In this document: positions 1-8,101 of the stretch, piece after piece
Layout of the letters: every line of letters starts with the position of its first letter
Position numbering within the stretch: the stretch's first letter is position 1
IMG/VR virus record: IMGVR_UViG_2706794673_000014
Reading direction: 5' to 3' (one strand)
DNA length: 39,783 nucleotides
Source of the DNA: a virus
Lineage: Duplodnaviria; Heunggongvirae; Uroviricota; Caudoviricetes
Translations under genes and position numbers: made by a program
The notes under the pieces: generated by a model
Database searches by the model: none
Seen by the model: the letters and a program-made list of their open reading frames with translations, nothing else
Told to the model about the DNA's origin: nothing

Positions 1-459
1 TTATTCAGTCGGCAGTGCTACGCGCCAGGGGAGCAGTTCGCCGACCCGGTTTATCGGCCAGTCGGCTATGACGTCAAGGACATAGCGGAGGTAGCTTTCT
101 GGCTCCACTCCGTTCAGTTTGCACGTCCCGATCAGGCTGTACAGCAGCGCTCCCCGCTCTCCTCCATGATCCGAACCGAAGAACAGGTAGTTTTTGCGGC
201 CCAGACTGACCATCCGCAACGCATTTTCAGCGATGTTATTGTCCGCCTCAGCCCAGCCATCATCTGCATAGTACGTCAGCGCCGGCCACTGGTTCAGGGC
301 ATATGCGAACGCTTTCGCCAGTTCTGAGTGTCGCGACAGGGTTTTCATCTTTTCACGCAGCCAGCTTTCCAGGGATTTCAGCAGCGGTTTCGTTTTCAAC
401 TGACGTTCGGCAAGGCGCTGTTTCAGCAGGAAGATGTCGTCAGAAGAGATGTCGTTCAT
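1..459 (-). pseudogene. tnpC: IS66-family transposase (TnpC/Orf3) C-terminal fragment, roughly the last 150 aa; 5' two-thirds absent
   Basis: Translation ends ...NIAENALR...GRKNYLFFGSDHGGERGALLYSLIGTCKLNGVEPESYLRYVLDVIADWP, as recalled for IS66 TnpC C-termini; stop at 1-3; in-frame stop upstream at 520-522. Confidence 0.8.
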
Positions 460-545
460 AAGCCCGTATTTTACCGGGCTTATTCTGTGACAACCAGGAT
501 AAAGAGATTTACAGCATGGTCAGGGAGGTCAGCAGCCGCTTAGGC

Positions 546-640
546 TGTCTATAGCGCGGCGATTTTTTTGATACCGATTTGCATTTCATTTGATACCGCT
601 GAAAAACGCCGATACGCAACTTATTTGATACTAAATCGGC
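546..640. repeat. Right-end (attR-like) terminal repeat region: three closely spaced TTTGATAC(C/T) motifs at 567-575, 589-597, 624-632
   Basis: Motif read directly; inverted copies at the other end (39253-39261, 39158-39166, 39106-39114); tight spacing matches Mu attR R1-R3. Confidence 0.7.
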
Positions 641-677
641 GCTTTTCTTTTGAGTTTTAGAATGAGTTTTTAAGCGT

Positions 678-1415
678 TCATTCACTCTCTTTCAAACCAG
701 TTTTAACTGTTTGTGGTTTTGGGTAAGGCTGGACTTTGAATAGCTTTGTGTTAAGGCGTTTTCTGGCTCTCTTGTCCAGAAACCGGATGTAACGAAACTG
801 ACGGAATTTATGAACACTGGCTCTGTCGATATTAGCCCGCAGATGTTCACCTCGCTGTCCTCCTCGTTTGATTGCATTCTTGCAAATCTCGTGATACCAC
901 TCGCCATCAAGTTCATAGAATGTTGTTTCATGACTGCCTACATAATCAAAATTGCTTGCCTGGTACACGACACCAAGACAGCCACAACGCTCATCTGCAA
1001 ACGACTGAACCCACTGCACCTGCGGATAAAGTTGTCTGATTAGTTTGAGCGCGTAACTGATTGCCCTTGATTCGGAGTTTCTCGGCATACAGTCATGCAG
1101 CCATAACCGGTTAAGCTCCATATATTCGCGGTTCTGCGTGCCAGTTACGACGCGTGCACCATTGTTTGGATTAAGGGCATAACCCCATTGCATTACGCCA
1201 ACCAGCTCCCGTTCTGAAAATATGCCCAGATGAAGGTAGGAATTATTTACGAAACGATGGCTGTAATGTTTATTGACGACGACCAGCCGGGCCAGCCAGC
1301 AACTTATTGTCTCAACCCGTAACTCACGGGAGCCATAACCGACGATATTGTCGTTATAGTGAATAAGTTCAGGCGTGCTGATGATACGGGATGTAACTTG
1401 CTTTCTGTTCCCCAC
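678..1415 (-). CDS. mom: Mom-like DNA modification protein; start uncertain (GTG at 1415 with AAGGA 9 nt upstream proposed; the ORF track extends to 1610)
   Basis: Terminal gene next to attR-like end, overlapped by com 3' end, GATC cluster upstream, ~245 aa; identity inferred from context, not sequence recall. Confidence 0.55.
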   Translation of the reverse strand: MGNRKQVTSRIISTPELIHYNDNIVGYGSRELRVETISCWLARLVVVNKHYSHRFVNNSYLHLGIFSERELVGVMQWGYALNPNNGARVVTGTQNREYMELNRLWLHDCMPRNSESRAISYALKLIRQLYPQVQWVQSFADERCGCLGVVYQASNFDYVGSHETTFYELDGEWYHEICKNAIKRGGQRGEHLRANIDRASVHKFRQFRYIRFLDKRARKRLNTKLFKVQPYPKPQTVKTGLKESE

Positions 1416-1569
1416 GACAGGATTTCCTTGTGTATGTGGGGTGCTCTGTGGCGCTCTGAGATGTGATTTGATTGAGGGTTTTACAGCGCGGACATTTAAC
1501 TTCCAGATAACTGAAGCTGGCTCGTGCCAGTAGCTTGTTACAATGTCGGCACCGTATGTTTCGATACAT
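1369..1569 (-). CDS. com: Com zinc-finger translational activator of mom
   Basis: [14 protein letters not shown]...EVKCPRCK...EHPT matches recalled Mu Com (IRCKNCNKLL...EIRCPRCK...EHPT); ATG at 1567-1569 preceded by AGGAGG; stop overlaps proposed mom start region. Confidence 0.8.
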   Translation of the reverse strand: MYRNIRCRHCNKLLARASFSYLEVKCPRCKTLNQITSQSATEHPTYTRKSCRGEQKASYIPYHQHA

Positions 1570-1616
1570 GGCCGCATAACCTCCTGCTTTGTTGTTGATA
1601 TCTTTATCACTCAATC

Positions 1617-1702
1617 GATCGACAAAAACGATCGATTTGATTTATTTAATTGATACAACAAATAACACGAAATGTCATTAGCGAAAATTTATGAGTTTGA
1701 TC
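1617..1702. promoter_or_regulatory. GATC cluster (1617-1620, 1630-1633, 1699-1702) and 8-bp inverted repeat ATCGATCG/CGATCGAT upstream of com-mom
   Basis: Read directly; Mu mom promoter is known to be controlled through Dam methylation of three upstream GATC sites (OxyR binding). Confidence 0.45.
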
Positions 1703-1825
1703 ACTAATTTTAAACGGTGCTGTAACGCATAAGTGCTGAATGATTGTACATTTGAATACCGCAAAGCAAACAAATCAACTAATTTATAGAAGTCAATTGG
1801 TTAATTGCCAGCGTAAGAGGCTGCT

Positions 1826-2119
1826 ATGGACAATCATGTAACGACGAGAAATCGAAAAATGATTGAAAATGCGGAAATCTATAATGATTATTTTTCCGAT
1901 TATTCAGATGCCTGCAAATACAGTTCGAGTGCGGGAGAGTTCATATGCTTCAACTTTTTTATTAAATCTTATGTTTTTCCTCCACAGCAAGAAGATGGAG
2001 GTGTGCCACCTCCTGAAATCACTTTGCACCGTATAGCCTCCGTCTCAATGATGGAGCAACAGGCTAATGAGCTGTATAGCATTCTGGGAACGATTCTACA
2101 AAAGCGTGAATCGGACTAA
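1826..2119 (+). CDS. Hypothetical protein, 97 aa, AT-rich, divergent from com-mom
   Basis: ATG at 1826 with AAGAGG 5 nt upstream; local GC far below the phage average; no recognisable motif. Confidence 0.5.
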   Translation: MDNHVTTRNRKMIENAEIYNDYFSDYSDACKYSSSAGEFICFNFFIKSYVFPPQQEDGGVPPPEITLHRIASVSMMEQQANELYSILGTILQKRESD

Positions 2120-2286
2120 TGATACCGGTTCATTTGCCTGCCCGGATGGGGAAGCAGGATTGACTGCTCCATAAGCAGCTATATTTCTGAATACGAAATA
2201 CTATCCAGCGATTACATATGGCTGGATAGCGGCAAAGATGTTTTCATTAGTGTCAAACCGGCAGAGGACACCACCGGTTTGTATTG

Positions 2287-2541
2287 TTACATCATGGTAC
2301 TGTCAGTTCCGGGCTGAGCCGGGTCTGGTTGCTCTGGCTGCGCGTCGGTTTTCGGCTCATTATCAGCATCACTGGCCGCAACTGCTGGCCCAATAAGTTT
2401 TGCCAGCACTTCATCAACGTAAGTGTCGATTTGTGCCTCAAAATCCTTGCGGACCTGCGCTTTCAGCAACTTATTTACTTCACCGGAATACAGTGCCTGT
2501 TTTACCAGGTCTTCAGTGACGGTGCCTTTAATTTCTGGCAT
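2287..2541 (-). CDS. Hypothetical acidic protein, 84 aa
   Basis: ATG at 2539-2541 with AAGGAGG 6 nt upstream; Asp/Glu/Pro-rich C-terminus. Confidence 0.6.
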   Translation of the reverse strand: MPEIKGTVTEDLVKQALYSGEVNKLLKAQVRKDFEAQIDTYVDEVLAKLIGPAVAASDADNEPKTDAQPEQPDPAQPGTDSTMM

Positions 2542-2576
2542 GTATATCCTCCTTATGCGGGAATAAAGCCCTGCAA

Positions 2577-2759
2577 TCAGGGCTGGGTCGGGTCTTTTGG
2601 GAGCGGAGTTACCTGCGCTGTTTTACTGAGTTTTTCAGCTGCTGCGTCCTCAATTTTGCGGCGAACATAATTTCTGATGGCCTTATAACCACCACTCACC
2701 AGATATAACGCACATACTGCCGTGCAGAAATACAATAAAATAAGCTGTAAAAATGTCAT
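2577..2759 (-). CDS. Small membrane protein, 60 aa, one predicted transmembrane helix
   Basis: ATG at 2757-2759 with GGGAGG upstream; hydrophobic N-terminus FLQLILLYFCTAVCALYLV followed by a basic stretch. Confidence 0.6.
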   Translation of the reverse strand: MTFLQLILLYFCTAVCALYLVSGGYKAIRNYVRRKIEDAAAEKLSKTAQVTPLPKDPTQP

Positions 2760-2855
2760 TATCCCTCCCAATTATTGACATGGTGTTGACACCGGTAATA
2801 TCTGTTAGGTAAAAAGGTGCACTGCATTTTTTGCTTTGGATATAACGATCTTTTT

Positions 2856-2897
2856 GCCGCCGGTTTCTTGTTTTCCCTTACCGGCGGCATTTTTTTA
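2856..2897 (+). terminator. GC-rich hairpin (GCCGCCGGT ... ACCGGCGGC) followed by T-run ATTTTTTTA; intrinsic-terminator-like on the plus strand
   Basis: 9-bp perfect stem, 15-nt loop, T-run 2889-2897; on the minus strand the hairpin is followed by A, so it is plus-strand specific. Confidence 0.45.
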
Positions 2898-2903
2898 TCC
2901 TGC

Positions 2904-4958
2904 TTACGCGTTATTCACTTCCACCACGATACTGTCAATCAGTACCGGGTAAGTCGCATTTTTAGTGATATCGGTCACGCGCAACTTGTCTGCCGTAAAC
3001 GTGCCGACCGGAGACTGCGACAGCATGAATGGTGTCCCGTCCTTACCATCAATGACCGGCGTCACCTCAATACTGTTGTTACCGGCAAAACGGAAGCCCA
3101 GCGTATGCCATTCGTTATTAAATGCGCCGAATGACCCCAGCTTCGTGTTCTGCGCCGTGTTTCCTTTGTGATACATCACGTTAAGGTCTGTGGCATCGCT
3201 CTGTACGTAGAACGATGCCAGCAGGTTATGACCGGCATTTCCTTCCAGAGTAACCCCTTGCGGCAGGGCAGAAACCGGCCAGTACAGCGCCAGTGCGTAC
3301 TGATTAGCCGTAAGCGCGCCATCGAGTTTAAAACGACAACTGACAAGACCACCTTTACCCAGCAGGTCCGCACCATTACCAGCATCATGCTCAAGGTACC
3401 AGGGGGCTCTTCCTGTTTCCTTGGTCAGTTTCATTGCCTTACCCCCGCTGGCTCCGGCATCATCCACGATTTGAGCCTTGCCACCTCCGGCAGCCCAACC
3501 CTGTGGTGTCAACCGTCCTTCAGACTCAGATGCCCGGTAAGCAAATAGCGTACTCATCGTCGTGGTGTCTGCGGGTGGCGTGGACGGTTTTGATGGTGTA
3601 TCAGGTGACGGCTTCTCATCCGGTGGTGTCACGGTCTGCCCACGCATCAGTTCAGCCGTGCGCCCTGCATGGAGCATAATAGCTGAGGCCAGACGGTCTG
3701 AAATGACGCCCCTGCGTGCCCATGAGCTGAAATGGCTGTCACGCTGTGTCGAAACAAAACTGCCCTGGGTTCGGGATGCTGCACCGTAATACCCGACAGC
3801 CACAATATCCGGGTCTTCCGCCGGAGCATTCGTTGGCGTGCTCTGTCCATTCTCATCCGTCAGGAACGGTACAAAGAAAATTTTCTGTGCTTCCTTGCCT
3901 TTGTAGCCACCGTATACTGCCTCATATTTATCGGTGCCAGCGTTTTTCCAGTAATACGTGGTATCACCGCAAATCCACGGCACCGTGGTGGCATTTCCAC
4001 TCACGCACTGCGCAGCAAGCGGAGCCAGGTCAGTTCTGAACTGCTGAACCATGGCCGTGAATAAACTATTATGCTGCTGGCTTCCTGAGGCAAGGTCTGC
4101 CTCTCCCTGCATCCAGACCACAGCCAGAAGTTTGTTTTTCGGGTTTTTCGCCAGCGCGACTTTGGTGCGGCTTACCAGGTCCTGATACAGAGGTTTACCG
4201 GCCCCCCAGCGTGAAGAATCAGCGGAAGCACCGCTGGCCTCACTGAATGAGCCGTCGGCTCCAGTGGTGAATGCTGACCCGCCACGACAACAGGGCACCA
4301 GAAGTATCCCGGCATTCTGTGGGATATAGGGAAGCAGTTTTTTGGCAATATGCAACCCCTGACCGACAGTCCCGTACTGGCCTTTTGCCAGATCAGCTTT
4401 CGGGTGGTTTATCCCGCTCATATCCTGAACATCATGCAGGCAGTGGTCTGCCGGAATGATGTCGTTGTATGTACACGACGTACCGTTGGGCGTTACCGTA
4501 CTGCGGCGTGCCAGTTGCTTAATGCGTGGGTCCGGGCGGTCAAACGAATCCGGTAACGGCAGCCCCTCGCCGTAGGCCATGCCATTTGACTGACCCGCGA
4601 GAATGACAACAAAGTAATATTCCGGCTCTGAACTGCTGCCATTCGTGCTACCGGAAGGCCCGGCGTTATCCGGTGCATTCCAGTCGGAGGGCGTGAGCGT
4701 TCCGGCCACGTCAGATGTGATTGGAATGATGCCAGTCACGCCTGAACTGGTGATTTCTGCACTGGGATTACCGGATACCGGCATTACCCATAATGGCTCT
4801 TTCGTGCTGAAGCGGATCACGCAGTCTGCGAAGGTGATCCCCCCTTTATTACCCGAAGGGCGGAAAGGGCTTTCAATAAATGCCACCGTGCCACCGGCAA
4901 CCTTGACTGAAAACTCTCCGGGCATGGCGGAGAGCATTTTCCACTTGGAGTCTGACAT
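2904..4958 (-). CDS. SGNH-hydrolase sialate O-acetylesterase-like protein (NanS/NanS-p-like), 684 aa, with Pro/Thr linker and C-terminal putative carbohydrate-binding domain
   Basis: Motif YYFVVILAGQSNGMAYGEGLPLPD and downstream blocks (NDIIPADHCLHDVQDMSG, LLVPCCRGGSAFT, HFSSWARRG) match recalled E. coli NanS (YjhS); linker TPPDEKPSPDTPSKPSTPP. Confidence 0.75.
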   Translation of the reverse strand: MSDSKWKMLSAMPGEFSVKVAGGTVAFIESPFRPSGNKGGITFADCVIRFSTKEPLWVMPVSGNPSAEITSSGVTGIIPITSDVAGTLTPSDWNAPDNAGPSGSTNGSSSEPEYYFVVILAGQSNGMAYGEGLPLPDSFDRPDPRIKQLARRSTVTPNGTSCTYNDIIPADHCLHDVQDMSGINHPKADLAKGQYGTVGQGLHIAKKLLPYIPQNAGILLVPCCRGGSAFTTGADGSFSEASGASADSSRWGAGKPLYQDLVSRTKVALAKNPKNKLLAVVWMQGEADLASGSQQHNSLFTAMVQQFRTDLAPLAAQCVSGNATTVPWICGDTTYYWKNAGTDKYEAVYGGYKGKEAQKIFFVPFLTDENGQSTPTNAPAEDPDIVAVGYYGAASRTQGSFVSTQRDSHFSSWARRGVISDRLASAIMLHAGRTAELMRGQTVTPPDEKPSPDTPSKPSTPPADTTTMSTLFAYRASESEGRLTPQGWAAGGGKAQIVDDAGASGGKAMKLTKETGRAPWYLEHDAGNGADLLGKGGLVSCRFKLDGALTANQYALALYWPVSALPQGVTLEGNAGHNLLASFYVQSDATDLNVMYHKGNTAQNTKLGSFGAFNNEWHTLGFRFAGNNSIEVTPVIDGKDGTPFMLSQSPVGTFTADKLRVTDITKNATYPVLIDSIVVEVNNA

Positions 4959-5030
4959 CGTCTTTTCTGCCTGTTTCTGAATTAAACAGAGTCAGAATAG
5001 CGACCGCTGAAAAATATGTGTTTTGCGGAA

Positions 5031-5063
5031 ATTCAAAAAAGCGTCACGGTACTTTTGGTGACG
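5031..5063 (-). terminator. Putative intrinsic terminator just after gin (6-bp GC-rich stem, then TTTTTT on the minus strand)
   Basis: Stem CGTCAC/GTGACG at 5042-5047 and 5058-5063 overlapping gin stop; plus-strand A-run 5035-5040. Confidence 0.45.
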
Positions 5064-5616
5064 GAGCTGGTGAGGCAGGAAAATAACGATAAAGGGTGGA
5101 AAGGCCAATATCAAATATCAGTGCGATTTGTTTACGGGACTCGCCATTAGCCAGCAAACGGGCGATTTGCTCCCGCTCTTTCTCTGTCAGTTTCTGAGGT
5201 CTGCCGCCATGACGCCCCTGAGCACGGGCAGCAGCAAGACCCGCGCGTGTACGTTCAATAATGAGTTCCCGCTCCATTTCCGCCAGCGCGCCCATTATAT
5301 GGAAAAAGAAACGTCCCATGGGAGTGGATGTATCAATATTGTCCGTAATGCTGCGGAAGTTAACGCCGCGTTGCCGGAGTTCTTCTGTTAAAAGGACAAG
5401 GTGCTGCATACTGCGTCCAAGGCGATCCAGTTTCCAGACCAGCAGGGTATCCCCTGGCCGGAGTCGCTTTAATGCGCGTTTAAGTCCGGGACGCTCCCTT
5501 GTCTTACCGCTTATTCTGTCTTCGAAAAACAGCTCACATCCTGCACATTCCAGCGCATTTCTTTGTAGCGCCGTATTCTGGTCATTTGTTGACACCCTGA
5601 TATACCCAATCAGCAT
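5044..5616 (-). CDS. gin: Gin/Hin/Pin-family serine DNA invertase
   Basis: MLIGYIRVSTNDQ...LLVWKLDRLGRSMQHL...GRFFFHIMGALAEMERELIIERT closely matches recalled Mu Gin; sits beside the invertible segment. Confidence 0.93.
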   Translation of the reverse strand: MLIGYIRVSTNDQNTALQRNALECAGCELFFEDRISGKTRERPGLKRALKRLRPGDTLLVWKLDRLGRSMQHLVLLTEELRQRGVNFRSITDNIDTSTPMGRFFFHIMGALAEMERELIIERTRAGLAAARAQGRHGGRPQKLTEKEREQIARLLANGESRKQIALIFDIGLSTLYRYFPASPAPSPKVP

Positions 5617-5681
5617 ACGATTTCCTTATTATAAAAAGCCGGAATTGTCGCATGAGGAATAAAACAGAGTTAATCCTGGCT

Positions 5682-5707
5682 TTCCTGAAAACCTCGGTTT
5701 ACGGGAA
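5682..5707. repeat. gix-like recombination site 1 (TTCCTGAAAACC-TC-GGTTTACGGGAA), core 5694-5695
   Basis: 26-bp imperfect palindrome with 12-bp half-sites and 2-bp core; resembles recalled Mu gix/hix sites. Confidence 0.75.
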
Positions 5708-6055
5708 ACGGTAAACAGGGCGGCGAATGCTCTGCCATCGGACGGCACCGCCGTTGCCGCGAATAGACTCGCCACCCCAAGAAATATTAATGGGGTTCCC
5801 TTTGACGGGACGCAGGACATAAACATCACTTCTGGTATAACACAGCAGGATGCGGATTCCCGATATATCCAGGATATCAGGCTGGGAGCAGAGAACAGGC
5901 AGGTAATGTACGGTGGGGCATATTACTCTGCGTACGGTAATGTTATGGCAGGCCTGCAGATTGACAGTAAAGTTGATGCTTCAAACGATTTTATAGCATT
6001 CAGACCCCTGCAAAAATTAGTCGGAGGTACATGGATTACGGTATCTCAGTTATAA
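5696..6055 (+). CDS. Alternative tail-fibre C-terminal cassette (Sv'-like), start-less; would fuse in frame to the constant part of S after inversion
   Basis: Open frame from crossover to stop 6053-6055 encoding [25 protein letters not shown]...FRPLQKLVGGTWITVSQL; first 23 aa identical to the corresponding part of S; no start codon. Confidence 0.65.
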   Translation, partial: GLRETVNRAANALPSDGTAVAANRLATPRNINGVPFDGTQDINITSGITQQDADSRYIQDIRLGAENRQVMYGGAYYSAYGNVMAGLQIDSKVDASNDFIAFRPLQKLVGGTWITVSQL

Positions 6056-6106
6056 ATAGTCAGTAAATAATATATTTTAAAACAGATTTATTTCCAGGAG
6101 GATTTT

Positions 6107-6628
6107 ATGGAACTAAAAAATATAACCCGTTATTATCCTGAAAATATGCCATATGGTAATAATGTTCAGTATTTCCAGAGTGAAGATGGTAAGGATTTCT
6201 ACGAATCCCTGCCATTATTCACCAAAAAATATAAACTTTGCATAACACCTGACAGCGGCGTTATCTGCTCAATATCACAGGACGCCTCGGCGCTGTATCC
6301 TGCGGGGTTTTCTGTGGTTGAGGTCGATGAACTCCCTGAAGGCACGGATATTTCAGGAAACTGGAAGTTTGATAATGGCATAATCTCCCGTATTCCGGTT
6401 AACTACGCAAGAAAACTGGAAGCAATGCGCCAGTCATATCTTAATCAGGCATATGAAAAAATTAATGACTGGAGAACGGAGCTACAACTGGGCACCATCA
6501 GCGATGAAGACAGAGCAGCACTTACCCAATGGATGGCATACATCAGTCAGGTGAAGAAAATGGAACTACCCGCCATTAAAACAGAAGCTGAATTTAACGC
6601 CATTAAATGGCCTGAGCAGCCACAGTAA
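6107..6628 (+). CDS. Tail fibre assembly protein (Tfa/U-like), 173 aa
   Basis: ATG with AGGAGG 6 nt upstream; Tfa-like C-terminus ...NAIKWPEQPQ; follows the Sv' cassette; AT-rich. Confidence 0.8.
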   Translation: MELKNITRYYPENMPYGNNVQYFQSEDGKDFYESLPLFTKKYKLCITPDSGVICSISQDASALYPAGFSVVEVDELPEGTDISGNWKFDNGIISRIPVNYARKLEAMRQSYLNQAYEKINDWRTELQLGTISDEDRAALTQWMAYISQVKKMELPAIKTEAEFNAIKWPEQPQ

Positions 6629-6659
6629 TAAAGAAGGCCGGAAGGCCTTCTGAATATCA

Positions 6660-7541
6660 TTATATACTTGCAGCCGTCACCCATGCTCCATTTAACAGAT
6701 ACTGCAACGGCCGGTAATACACGCCGCCGACGTTATCTGCCGTATTCTTACCGACATCCTGTACTTTAATTCCGGTAAGAACATTGCCGCCCCCCAGATT
6801 CAGATCCCAGCTTTCCCATGTTCCGGGCATATGTGCGGTCACCGACCCCAGTCTTATGGCGGTTACTGTTCCTGATGAGATAGTGATATCCTGCGTCCCG
6901 TCAAAGGGAACACCATTAATTGTGTGGGCATTTGCCAGCCTGTTCGCGGCAACGGCGGTGCCGTCCGATGGCAGGGCATTCGCCGCCCTGTTTACCGTTT
7001 CCCGTAAACCGACGTTATCGATAAAAGCCCCTTTATCCGGAATGTCTGCGCCGTTCTGCTCCCTGCGCAGGTAACGGTTATCACCTTCGCTTTTGCTGTA
7101 AACATCCAGATTATTACGGGCGGTTCCCTTATTCTCCAGGTCGGCGAGATTCTGATCCTTCGCCAGGGCATTAACGTCAGCGGGACCAAGACTGTTTTTT
7201 GTGGCAAGCGTCCCCAGACCAAGATAACCACGGGCCAGACGCTGGGCCTCCGCACCGGCATCAGCAATTTCTTTCAGGTTATTTTTCCGGGAAAAGGCAT
7301 TCGCAGCGATAATGGCTTTAATGGACAGCGTAAGCTGGTTTAACTGCGCCTTATCCGGCTGAATACTGGCTTCAGCCAGAATATTCAGCAGTTCGGCCTG
7401 GAGAATATTCAGCCAGTCCTGACCAATCCAGCTGATACCTTTTTGTCCGTCACCTTCGGTAAACCAGGTGGTGGTATTACTCTGCGCCGGTGCCAGCGCA
7501 GGCATATTCGCCACGCCGGAATTATTATCAACATGAAACAT
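6660..7541 (-). CDS. Tail fibre protein (Mu S-like); C-terminal ~75 aa encoded inside the invertible segment
   Basis: N-terminus [30 protein letters not shown] matches recalled Mu S; reading frame passes through gix site 2. Confidence 0.85.
   Translation of the reverse strand: MFHVDNNSGVANMPALAPAQSNTTTWFTEGDGQKGISWIGQDWLNILQAELLNILAEASIQPDKAQLNQLTLSIKAIIAANAFSRKNNLKEIADAGAEAQRLARGYLGLGTLATKNSLGPADVNALAKDQNLADLENKGTARNNLDVYSKSEGDNRYLRREQNGADIPDKGAFIDNVGLRETVNRAANALPSDGTAVAANRLANAHTINGVPFDGTQDITISSGTVTAIRLGSVTAHMPGTWESWDLNLGGGNVLTGIKVQDVGKNTADNVGGVYYRPLQYLLNGAWVTAASI
6999..7024. repeat. gix-like recombination site 2 (TTCCCGTAAACC-GA-CGTTATCGATAA), core 7011-7012, inside the S gene
   Basis: Inverted relative to site 1; outer half-site TTATCGATAACG resembles recalled Mu gixL TTATCCAAAACC. 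Confidence 0.75.
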
Positions 7542-8101
7542 TAAATAGTCTCCTCTTCATGGCTGTTTGCATAAACGTAAATAAACGTCTGCCATGCAGG
7601 CTTATAACGGTTCAGAATACATTCCAGCGCACCGCCTTCATAAATACGCAGCGGCGTGAGAATATCATCCAGCACATTCATATTCCGGTAGCCGGTTTCA
7701 CTGTTAATCGTGACAATACTGACCCACTGCGAATCCGGTGAGGGCTGAATGTCAATCTGATAACCAAACTCCGCCGCAAACCGGATATAAAATTCACGGT
7801 TCAGCGAGGGCTTCATCCGGTATTTATTTCCGGCATAACGCTGTCGCTCCGTGAGGGTGGCTCCGGCCATATCACACTCGGGAAGCCCGAGATAACGCTC
7901 CCAGTCTTCCAGCAGCAGGCGCGACGTGTCAGGGAAACGCTCGGCAAGCAGCTGTTTACCCGTCCAGGATACACGCGCTGTCGAATGACTGAGGCCCAGA
8001 CATAATGATGCCAGTACGGATGACGGACGCTTGTCCCATGCCAGCCCGTCAGGCAGTAACTGCAACAGGGCGCGCTGATGCGGGGTCAGGGTTACAGCCA
8101 T
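7541..8101 (-). CDS. Tail/baseplate protein (Mu gp48-like)
   Basis: 186-aa ORF between baseplate J-like gene and tail fibre; gene order. Confidence 0.65.
   Translation of the reverse strand: MAVTLTPHQRALLQLLPDGLAWDKRPSSVLASLCLGLSHSTARVSWTGKQLLAERFPDTSRLLLEDWERYLGLPECDMAGATLTERQRYAGNKYRMKPSLNREFYIRFAAEFGYQIDIQPSPDSQWVSIVTINSETGYRNMNVLDDILTPLRIYEGGALECILNRYKPAWQTFIYVYANSHEEETI

Larger units (their letters stand above)
5696..7010. other. Invertible segment (~1.3 kb, G-segment-like) between two inverted gix-like sites; ~124-bp inverted repeats at 5694-5817 and 6889-7012
   Basis: Inverted repeat blocks read directly; contains two alternative tail-fibre 3' cassettes and one tfa gene; gin adjacent. 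Confidence 0.7.

Noticed and set aside
459-480. Hairpin AAGCCCG-tattttac-CGGGCTT near the left junction as a terminator or IS end
   Set aside because: No adjacent U-run on either strand and no counterpart at the other end; function cannot be assigned.
1369-1614. Long form of com starting at 1614
   Set aside because: Position 1612-1614 is TTG without a ribosome-binding site; the ATG at 1567-1569 has AGGAGG upstream and gives a Com-sized 66-aa protein.
5629-5829. Minus-strand ORF 5629-5829 and plus-strand ORF 6784-7074 with near-identical translations
   Set aside because: They are mirror images created by the inverted repeats flanking the invertible segment; the real coding frames are the tail-fibre frames on the opposite strands.
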